Assembly (NCBI RefSeq): GCF_000143415.4
Contig: NW_003314296.1
Span: forward strand, 1,339,858-1,403,857
DNA from: Selaginella moellendorffii
Taxonomy: Eukaryota; Plantae; Lycopodiophyta
Direction of reading: 5' to 3'
DNA: 64,000 bases
In this document: piece by piece, positions 14,099 through 24,272 of the stretch
Numbering within the stretch: the stretch's first letter is position 1
Layout of the letters: each line of letters starts with the position of its first letter
Notes under the pieces: generated by a model
The model's database searches: none
What the model saw: the letters and a program-made list of their open reading frames with translations, nothing else
What the model was told of the DNA's origin: nothing
Position numbers and translations under genes: made by a program

Positions 14099-17000
14099 TC
14101 GGGACCGAGACCGAGACCGAGGCCGAGGCCGAGACCGAGCCCGAGCCCGAGTCCGAGTCCGAGCCCGAGCCCGAGTCCGAGTCCGAGTCCGAGTCCGGAG
14201 CCTGAGAGGGTGAAAGCCCAAAGCGTTCGTCTCCCAGACCCTGGGGGGTTTGGTGAGCTCCAAAAGTATAGTAGGGGGAGGACTGCAGTGGAGCCAGTTT
14301 GGCCAGGAAAGGCCAGTTTGGCCCAAGAAGGCCGGACCCAGTGTTGGGTGAGGAGCTGCCCACTGGGAAGTCCAAGACTAGAGTGAACACAGACCGACAA
14401 GTGGGGTAGCTTGGTGAAGTGTTCAAGAGCCGGCTCTAGTTCCCCCGGGAGATCGACTGGCCGATGCTCTCAGTCCAAGTGTGGGTGGCACTACCTACTT
14501 GGATACCTGTCGTGGCTCAACGGAACCTCGCTCTAAGCCCATGGCTAGAGCACCTAAAGACGAAAGGCGAGGAGAGTACCCAGGTGGCTTGCGTAAGGCC
14601 ACGGTGTTCCGAAATGTTGTCCCAAAGGCCCAGACTGTGGAGAGTAAGAGGTGCAGTCCTCTGGGGTAGTGACCAAGGACACAGTCGTGGGGTGAGGAAG
14701 TCCCAGAGGACCGTGGGACTTAATGGTCAGGCCTGTGGGTCTCGATCCAGTGGCAGTGTTGGCAAACACGGCCAGGGGCAGAAAAGGACTTAGTGGGGAC
14801 TGACAGAGGGATATTGGGGAAGGCTATTCCCCTTGTTGGTGGGCATCCTAAGGATGCTAAGGAGTGGATCTGAGATGACCACTCACGGATGGTTTGCCTA
14901 GTCTTGGAGAGCCAAGACTGTGATGCAAGTGGTAGTGGACTACCAGTGTGGCAAAGGGATTGGGCATGGCCTTAGCGTAACAGGCTGCTATGTCGGTGGT
15001 ACCTTTGAGTGTCGATCATGGGATCGGACATGTGGAGCACTTGGACCAAGTGCAAATGTTGAGTGGCATGGATGCCATTCTCGGGGCTAGCAAGTCCCAA
15101 GTCCTGGATTGGACTTATGGAGGTTGTGAATGAGACTCCTCCAAGTGGTCGGAGGTGTGGTTAAGTGACTAAAGTAGAATGGAAAATTTAGTTGCTTACA
15201 ATTTGGTATCGGATCTGTTCCTTAGTCCGACTTTTATTGGTGCTCAAGTATATCACCACTGGTGTTGGCATCGGAAGGTCCGAGGAGTGGGCCTATCCTT
15301 GAGGAGTAGCAAGTCGGGAAGACATGGCTCTCCATTACAGTTCATGTGTGAACTTGTAGACGAGGTGGTGGATAGAAAAGGGCCAATAATGGAACGACTT
15401 TGGGATCTTGGGAACAGTGCAAGGTTTTCCTCATTGAGTTGAGGATGTGATCCGGATGAGCATTTGTCTCAGCAAATTGGCTAAGGTTGTTGTGGTAAAC
15501 AACTAAAGTTGGGATCACGGGAAAGATAGAGACTCCAAAACAATAAAGGAGTCACAAGATTATCCTCATATAGTTGAGGTTGGTGCTCATGAATGTGAGA
15601 CCAGAGGTAATGACCGTGGGAGGTCAAATACGGAAGAGGACTCAAGTCCTTGAAATGGTAGCCGGGGCTACCTTTAATAAATGCTGGAACAACCCAAGGA
15701 GTTGGGGGGTGTACTTAGAGATGAGTGGTATTCTCATCACATGGACAAGTAGTCCTAAGGGGCAAAAGTTGCCTCCAGAGAACAAAAACAAGTGTCAGAG
15801 TAACATTTGTGAAAATAGTCCTTCTGAGTAGGGCAGGAATGCAGGAAGTGTATTCCAGTGAGCTAGTGCCTCACAAGTGGGACCTTCCGGGTCTGTGGAT
15901 GAATTAAGTCCAAAACTGCTGGATGACTCAAGTAGAGTCAAGGAAAGGTCCTAAAAGGACTGATTGAAGCATTTGGACTGAGGTGTGTTATACCCCATGA
16001 AGGATGGGGGGGGGATCATAGGATCCAAGGATGGGAACAGAGGGTATCTCATTGATGGCAAAATGTGCCATGCTAAAGTTATGGGAAAGGTGTTCCCAGA
16101 AGAAAACAACTTTAACACAAAGTTGTGTGTGACCTCTATGGTGCAGTGCTAACGGATGGTTGGCGTGAGAAAGAGTGGTGTTAGTCTTGGCAAAGACTTA
16201 AACACGAAGGGGAAGTGTCATAGAGGTAGGCTCGTGGAGCCGATGGTGTGGAGACACCAAATGTGCCAAGGTGTGATACCTTGAGGCTATGTTGGTGGGT
16301 TCATGAGAACCCCTTGCCAAAGGAATCCCAATGGAAATGGGAATGGCATAGCCTAAGCTGCAGAGCATGCAATTGGAGTGTGGTGACCCAGATAATGATG
16401 GAGGTGTGAAAGCACCAAGCAATGAGTTGTAGGACTTGACAACTATGAGGCAACTAAGCAAGAGGTGCAAAATAATTGGTTAAACGGGTAGAAGGTAGCT
16501 ACCCAAGACTTCTTAATAGCATAGGGAAGTCGGATATACCCTTACGGGGGATAAATTGCTTGTGTTGCGATATAGTAAGTCAATGTCATAAAAGGAAATA
16601 CTCATTGTCAAGAAAGCCATCATTGGGACACCCGAACACTCTAGAACACCAGAAGGTGGTGTTTGATATCGCAAGGGCAATGGATAAAGCCCAAGGGACT
16701 AAGTCCCTAGCGAATGATGGATAGAAGGTGCTATCCAAATGTCCAAGGTTGCGGAGACAGGAGAGGACTGTCTACCCGAGTTGGACAAAACCAAAAATGG
16801 AATTTTGGCAAGGCTAGTGATGGGCATGTAAAGGCCCATAAGCAACAAGGTAATCCCAGTGTGTGGGATTATAAGGTGAGCATACCCGAATTGAGGAACC
16901 ACTCCCTGGGCTATTGGGTAGGTTCATCCCTAAGAATACTTGCTAAAGCATGATAGAAAGTGCAAAGCTATCCTCCTGGTCTGGAGGAGAATGACCAAAG

Positions 17001-19892
17001 GAAAGGTGTGAAGCCAAAAAGCAAGAAGTAAGGGGATAGAACCGAACCATAGGAATCAAAGCGCATAACCAAGGTTGGTTATGCCAGCTGGGAGTGGAGA
17101 ATCAAGTGGGGGCTCGAGGGTGTTGCCGCTAGCAACCATGATGCCATGGAGAGTCTAAAATATGGAATTGTCCATGTTAGACTAGGTGGCATTTGGAAGG
17201 CTTGCAAAAAGGGAGGCCTTAGCAAGCTAAGGGACAAAGTTCCTTCAAAGTTCCCAAATAGGATTCTAGGTAGCGTAGTACCTAGAAAGGCCAAGTGTAA
17301 ATGGTTCATGGAACGCGCGAAATCAGAGTGGCGCAGCAGAAGCGTGGTCTTGAAGCTTGCCACGAGGCAAGGTTATCAAGGTTAGGGAAGTAGTTCCCGA
17401 GTGTTCAAAGAGAGGGCTTTGAACGAAAGTCGATGGTCAAGGACTTTCACGCTTATGCAGGAACCATGTTACAATGGTCGGAGGACTTGCCAAGTGAGAT
17501 TGGCACGTCGGGGGAACAAAGACCCTAGTTGAAGGTGATAACTTCAAAAAGGGTGGGCCATGGGGCCAAGCATGGAGGAGTCCATGCATGATCACAGACA
17601 TGTCAAATGAGAGGACTTGGCAGTGTGGAGGAACTAGGTTCCTAAGCTGTGATCTATAGCGCGCTTTAAAAATAAATTGGTGCACCGGCGTGGGGAGTCA
17701 TGCCAGGCATCTTGTGTGATGCCGTCCGTAGATGCATACACGGAGGTTGGGTTCGAGTCCCGACCCTCTAGTGCTTGGGTTTGAGTCCCAAATCACTAGG
17801 GCGTGGTGATGGTTTGGAATATGAGGACACTCATATTTCGGTGGTCATGGACTCTCAGTGGGGAGACTGGTTTGGGCACACCGCCAAGCGAGGGATGCCT
17901 CGGAGTCGTGATGCACGGTTAGATTGCTTAGTGTGAAAGCTCAGCATATCTAACTTGAACACTTTGGTGCCAGTGGCACCAAGGTCGTGGTGAGTGAGAT
18001 GGGGACACCTAATCTCAGTTGCTATGAACCCTTGGCCGTAAGGGCTAGCTTGGGTGCACCGCCAAGTGTGGGGGATGCCCCCGGGGTTATAGTCAACAAC
18101 TTGGAGGTCTAGAAGACCAAGTACCTCTTGGCAACTCTGTTAAGGTGCCAAGGTGAAATCACTAGGTGATCTTATGGCCAGATAAGGATAAGGTCCTTGG
18201 TTGGCTAAGGAATGAAGTTCCTGGTTCAAAATGTTGAAATTGAACTGTTTAAGGTGGTGTGGCTTGGTCGTGATGACCAAGTGGGAAGAGCACCTAAGGG
18301 AAATAAAGTATGTCCGTGCGATGGCATAATGAGTCCGAGGAAAGTAGTCTTTATAAAAGACCCATGGGAGGGTCACGAAGTTGGGCCGTGGATAGAGCCC
18401 ATAGCAGAAGATGCTAAAGAGACGTACTAGGGGTGAACATCCTCCGGACTTGGCAAAGAAGAGTCTTTGCTATGGAACCGAAACAATACCTCAAGGAGGG
18501 AGGTAGAGATTCGATGTTGCTTGGTGCAACAATCAACGGATAGGAGCAAAAGATGAGTGGCCAAGATAGGGCCGTGGAATCCCTTGAAAGGAATCCAAGT
18601 GACAAAGTTAGGCGAGGAACACTAATGTGTTGGATGCTAACAAGTTGCGGGAAAGGAAGTGTGTTTCCAAGGAGGGATTCCGAAATGCTCCGATTTGGCG
18701 AAAGTGGAAGCTCCAAGGGAGGGAGCGGTAAGGTAGCCAAATGATAGGGCCATGAACAGCCCTAGCACAAAGTATGATAACTGGAACTTTGGCACGAAAT
18801 AGAAGAGAGGATGATGGTGCCCTCGAGTAGAGAACTTCCTAGGATGGGAAGTGGAGTTGCACAAAAGGTGCAAGGCAAGGTGTCGGAGACACCTAGGAAA
18901 TTGACTCCAAGAAGTCAAAATTCAAAGTTCCAAAGTGCAAAGGTTATATCGATGGAAATTGAGACTACTCGAGAAGGAGTAGTGGGATTGACTTAGAGAA
19001 GGGTCTCTAAGAGGTTTAGCGAGAACTAAACCAATAAAAGGAGAGAACCATTATATGTGGTCCAATCAGTCTCTGAGTTGGAGAGACTACCCTCCTTAGA
19101 GGATATGCAAAAGGCATGGTGAGCCTTCAATGTCCAACCATTGACGAATGTGGAGAAGGCATGGTGAGCCTTCAATGTCACACCATTGACAAATATTGGC
19201 TATGTGCCAAGGATGGAAATGGTAACACATGCGGGTGTTACTTTATAAAATGGTTCACTGTTCGATGAGGACATCGAACTTCGTCTATGGGTGGTGGAGT
19301 TGTGAGACACAAAATCCCTAGGCCCCAAAGTGGAGCCGGAAGGGCACCACATGGTAGTGGCCGAAGTGAGAGCCAAACGAGCGTAACACGTTTGGACCAA
19401 AAGCTCCAACTTGAAAAGTCAAGAGCGGGAGTGGAACTCCCAAAGAAGTGCTCGAGGAACGAGCACGAAGCGAGCAAAAGGCGAGGCTCCAAAAAGGGAC
19501 CGAAAAGGGCCAACACATGACACGTGGGAGTGTTCGAGATGGACCCGAGTTGGAGTCCGAAGTGGAGTTCGAGATGGACCTGAGTTGGAGTCCGAAGTGG
19601 AGTCCGAGATGGACCCGAGATGGAGTCCGAGATGGAGTCCGAGGTGGACCCGAGATGGACCCGAAATGGAGTCCGAGATGGAGTCCGAGATGGACCCGAG
19701 ATGGAGTCCGAGATGGAGTCCGAGGTGGACCCGAGAGGGACCCGAAATGGAGTCCGAGATGGAGTCCGAGATGGACCCGAGATGGAGTCCGAGATGGAGT
19801 CCGAGATGGACCCGAGATGGACCCGAGATGGAGTCCGAGATGGAGTCCGAGATGGAGTCCGAGATGGAGTCCGAAGTCGAGACCGAGACCGG

Positions 19893-19924
<32 letters not shown>

Positions 19925-21014
19925 TCGGGACCGAGACCGAGACCGAGGCCGAGGCCGAGACCGAGCCCGAGCCCGAGTCCGAGTCCGAGTCCGAGTCCGA
20001 GTCCGAGTCCGGAGCCTGAGAGGGTGAAAGCCCAAAGCATTCGTCTCCCAGACCCTGGGGGGTTTGGTGAGCTCCAAAAGTATAGTAGGGGGAGGACTGC
20101 AGTGGAGCCAGTTTGGCCAGGAAAGGCCAGTTTGGCCCAAGAAGGCCGGACCCAGTGTTGGGTGAGGAGCTGCCCACTGGGAAGTCCAAGACTAGAGTGA
20201 ACACAGACCGACAAGTGGGGTAGCTTGGTGAAGTGTTCAAGAGCCGGCTCTAGTTCCCCCGGGAGATCGACTGGCCGATGCTCTCAGTCCAAGTGTGGGT
20301 GGCACTACCTACTTGGATACCTGTCGTGGCTCAACGGAACCTCGCTCTAAGCCCATGGCTAGAGCACCTAAAGACGAAAGGCGAGGAGAGTACCCAGGTG
20401 GCTTGCGTAAGGCCACGGTGTTCCGAAATGTTGTCCCAAAGGCCCAGACTGTGGAGAGTAAGAGGTGCAGTCCTCTGGGGTAGTGACCAAGGACACAGTC
20501 GTGGGGTGAGGAAGTCCCAGAGGACCGTGGGACTTAATGGTCGGGCCTGTGGGTCTCGATCCAGTGGCAGTGTTGGCAAACACGGCCAGGGGCAGAAAAG
20601 GACTTAGTGGGGACTGACAGAGGGATATTGGGGAAGGCTATTCCCCTTGTTGGTGGGCATCCTAAGGATGCTAAGGAGTGGATCTGAGATGACCACTCAT
20701 GGATGGTTTGCCTAGTCTTGGAGAGCCAAGACTGTGATGCAAGTGGTAGTGGACTACCAGTGTGGCAAAGGGATTGGGCATGGCCTTAGCGTAACGGGCT
20801 GCTATGTCGGTGGTACCTTTGAGTGTCGGTCATGGGATCGGACATGTGGAGCACTTGGACCAAGTGCAAATGTTGAGTGGCATGGATGCCATTCTCGGGG
20901 CTAGCAAGTCCCAAGTCCTGGATTGGACTTATGGAGGTTGTGAATGAGACTCCTCCAAGTGGTCAGAGGTGTGGTTAAGTGACTAAAGTAGAATGGAAAA
21001 TTTAGTCGCTTACA
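13457..21014 (+). mobile_element. Young non-autonomous LTR retroelement A (LARD-like)
   Basis: TG...CA LTRs at 13457-15200 and 19301-21014, differing by ~11 substitutions (mostly CpG transitions) and 30 bp of repeat. TSD GTCTT at 13452-13456 and 21015-21019. PBS TGGTATCGGA 15204-15213, PPT ATGGGTGGTGGAGT before 19301. The 4.1-kb interior has no gag/pol ORF. Confidence 0.93.
13690..14200 (+). repeat. LTR-internal tandem repeats (CCGAGATGGAGT/CCGAGATGGAC 11-12-mers, then CCGAGA/CCGAGT 6-mers)
   Basis: Directly visible. A second copy lies at ~19535-20015 and decayed copies occur in the other family-A LTRs. Confidence 0.95.
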
Positions 21015-23877
21015 GTCTTCCTGACCTGCTGCTCCTTAAGGATAGGCCCACTTCTAGGACCTTCCGATGCCAACACTAGTGGTGATATATTTGAGCACCA
21101 ATAAAAGTCGGACTAAGGAATAACTCCAATACCAAATTGTAAGCGACTAAATTTTCCATTCTACTTTAGCCACTTAACCATACCTCCGACCACTGGGAAG
21201 AGTCTCACTCACAACCTCTATAAATCCAATTTAGGACTTAGGGCTTGCTAGCCTCGAGAATGGCATTCATACCACTTAACCTTTACACTTGGTCTAAGTC
21301 CTTCACATGTCCGATCCCATGACCGACACCCCAAGGTACCACTGACATATCAATCTGTTACACTAAGGCCATGCCTATTCACCTTGGTCATACCGATGGT
21401 CCAACACCACCTACATCACAGTCCCATTTCTCAAAAACTGGGCCGTTTGTTCATGAGTGATCATCCTAGATCCACTCTGTAGCATCCTTAGGATGCTCGT
21501 AGACATGAGGAATACCTTCCCCAATATCCCTTTTTCAATCCCCACCAAGTCTCTTTTTGTTCATAGCCATGTTCACCAACATTGCCACTAAATCAAGGCC
21601 TACAAACCCGACCACCAAGTCCCACTATCCTCTGGGATTTCCTTACCATGTGCCTATCACTAGAGGACTACTCCTCTTCCTTCCCATAGTTCGGGACTTT
21701 GGGACAACATTTTGGAACACCTATGAGCCTTATAGGTACTCTCCTCACCTTTTGCCTTGGGTGCTCTAGCCATGGGCTTAGAGCGAGATTCCGTTGAGCC
21801 ATGCCAAGTATCCAAGTAGGTAGTGCCACCCACGCTTGGATTAGAAGCATAGACCATTCAATCTTTTAGGGGAACTAGAGCCGGCTTCTGAACACTTCAC
21901 CAAGCTACCCCACTTGTCGGTCCACAGTCCGTATTCACTCTAGCTTTGGACTTCCCAGTGGTCATCTCATCACCCAACAGCTGGGTATGGCCTTCCTGGG
22001 CCAAATTGGCTCCACTGGGATCCAACCCCCACACTCTCCCTACTATACTTTTGGAACCCCCTATAGCCCCCCCCCCCAGGGGACGATCACTTTGGGCTTT
22101 CATAAACAGCCTGTATTAGTATTCGGACTTGGACTCAGTCTTGGTCTCGGTTCCATCTCGGACTTCATCTCAGGTCCATCTCGGACTCCATCATGGCTCC
22201 ATCATAGCTCCATCTCGAACTCCATCTTAGACTCCATCTTGGGTCCATCTCGAATTCCATCTCGGGTCCATCTCGGGTTCATCTCGGACTCCGTCTTGGG
22301 TCTATCTCGGACTCCATCTCGGGTCCATCTCATACTCCATCTCGGACACTTCCACGTGTTATGTGTTAGTCCTCTTGTGTCCCTTTTTTAGAAACTCATT
22401 TATTGTTTGCTTCGTACTTATTCCTCGAGCCCTTCATTGGGAGTTCCACTCCTGCTCTCAATTTTTCAAGTCGGAGCGTTTAGTCCAAATATATTATACT
22501 CGTTTGGCTTTTGCTTCAGCCACTACCATGTGGCACCCTTTCAGCTCCACTTTGGGGCTTAAGGATTTGTGTCTTATATATTTCAGATTTAGTAGATTTT
22601 TGTCATTGTCCTAGAGACTAATTCTTGGGACTAAAGTGAAAGCCCAAAGTGTGCATTCTTTAGCGAGGAGAGTGAGGGGGGGGGGGGGGAAGGGCATTAT
22701 AGGGGGTTCCAAATATATAGTAGGGATAGTGGGTAGATTGGGCATGATTAATTAACTTAAGGTATAGTCTAGCTTTTATTTGTGTGTTTGTCCTTGTTTT
22801 ATGTTTGACTTAGGTCTAAGCCCAAATTCCATATTATGTTAGCTGGTGGAATACCTATATCTTTGCGTTAAGCCACTAATATACTGAAATTATTCTAGAC
22901 TCCATTTGGCTCCATTTTGTATGTTGGTCTTGGCATTGGGATGTTAGATGTTCTAGGACTATTCCAAGTCTTATTTATTCACTCCTTGGGCTTTATGCTT
23001 GGGAGTCATTCCATATTTCGCTTCTTTCACTCTTTGGCTCCATACTTAAGAGTTTGGCTTTGTCCCTTTATTCAGTGGCCCAAGCCTTGGAAACTTGGGT
23101 TTTGCTCTGTTGTTCTTGGATATGTAGCATGTGGCACATGGAGGGTTTAGGTTCCGCTTTGTGGTTATCTTATGGTAGATCACTATAGAATAAAAATTGA
23201 AAACCATATGCACTACATTTGGTATCAAAGGACCAAAATATTGATAAAAGAACTTTAAAAAACAAGGCTTTGAGAGAATGAAAGTAATAGAAGAAACCTC
23301 TTCATCCTTCTATATAGGTTTTGGAGTTCTTTATCTCTCTTTATGCTACTTATAAAAATTCACAATGAAAGTGTGACCCCATACACTTTCATTTGTATAT
23401 GCTTGTTAAAAAATGTCATGTATATTCAGATTATATATTGATCTAGTCCCTTTACCTTGACTGTAATGTAAAAATTTATCTCCATTTTTACATTGTCTCC
23501 CAAACGGACCACTCTGTGGCGTGGTCCATCTGGGACCATGCCACGATCCTAGAAGGACCATGGCGTGGTAATATATCACCACAGTTCTCAACCATGCTGT
23601 TTACCACATCCCCATGTGGTAAAATAACCACATGGGGATATGTCTCAAGCGGTCAAACCTGTCAAGACCCCCAACAAGATCAAGACTGGAAAATGCAAAA
23701 AGATAAAGAGAAAAGCTAGTGGAAACAAAGAAGAGGCCTTAGACTGGTTGTGGAGAAATGGAACAAGGCTAACCTATATATACTATAGGTTGATGAAGCT
23801 CCACCACTCTTGGATCGAGGACGGCCTAAATATAGCTGAGGTCGAGGAGGCGCCACATCATCATCAGGAATGTGGTT

Positions 23878-24062
23878 CGAGACTCAGGAATCGGGAAGTG
23901 TCTCGAGAGTCAGGAATAGGGAAGCGTCTCGAGACTCAGGAATCGGGAAGTGTCTCGAGAGTCAGAAATAGGGAAGTGTCTCGAGAGTTAGGAATCGGGA
24001 AGTGTCTCGAGAGTCAGGAATAGGGAAGTGTCTCGAGAGTCAGGAATAGGGAAGTGTCTCGA
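23878..24062 (+). repeat. 26-bp tandem repeat (GTCAGGAATAGGGAAGTGTCTCGAGA) in the C LTRs
   Basis: 7 units here and 8 units in the other LTR (~36680-36890). Confidence 0.9.
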
Positions 24063-24272
24063 TCATCAGGAATGTGGTCTGCAGGTCAGGAATCTGGTGA
24101 GAGTCAGGAATGTGGCAAGAATTGGGGGATTCCTGACAGCACCCCCTCCTCAAGAACGAGTGGAACGAGGATGTGAACGAGAACGAAGAGGAGGATGAGA
24201 TGAGCGGCGAGGGATGGGAGATGGAGAAAAAGAATGAGGACTGGGACGAGAAGGATAGCGGCGGTGGAAGTC

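Larger units (their letters stand above)
8640..22578 (-). mobile_element. Older non-coding LTR element A' (LTRs 8640-9542 with an N gap, and 21138-22578)
   Basis: Reverse-complement homology to A. PBS ...AATACCAAAT at ~21128-21137, PPT at 9543-9556, TSD CATTT/TATTT. The internal region is interrupted by A. Confidence 0.85.
8262..23217 (+). mobile_element. Old family-E LTR split by insertion of A' (pieces ~8262-8639 and 22584-23217), followed by a PBS
   Basis: The joined flanks align with LTR 46055-46972 across the junction (CAAATT..CAAT..ACCATT|CA.ATTTAGTA..TTGTCC.AGAGACTAA). The LTR ends CACTACA, then TTTGGTATCAAAG (Met-type PBS). Confidence 0.7.

Noticed and set aside
14201-14220. Hammerhead ribozyme or retrozyme (CTGAGAG...GAAA)
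   Set aside because: It does not match CTGANGA, and the other LTR copies lack the CTGA.
13424-14426. Long RS-, RD-, GL- and ET-repeat ORFs in all six frames (also 19238-20240, 672-1402, 28634-29061, 35110-35424, 38119-38574)
   Set aside because: By-products of stop-free 6/11/12-bp LTR tandem repeats, not SR or extensin genes.
17745-17791. Genuine tRNA gene
   Set aside because: Only T-arm and anticodon-like hairpins are present, with no acceptor stem or D-arm/box A. Reported instead as a tRNA-like module.
15201-19300. Short ORFs in the A interior as degenerate gag/pol/env
   Set aside because: No recognisable retroelement motif, and I saw no matching ORFs in A' or A''.
23878-24062. CRISPR-like appearance of regular repeats
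   Set aside because: Head-to-tail 26-mers with no unique spacers, inside eukaryotic LTRs, and no cas genes.
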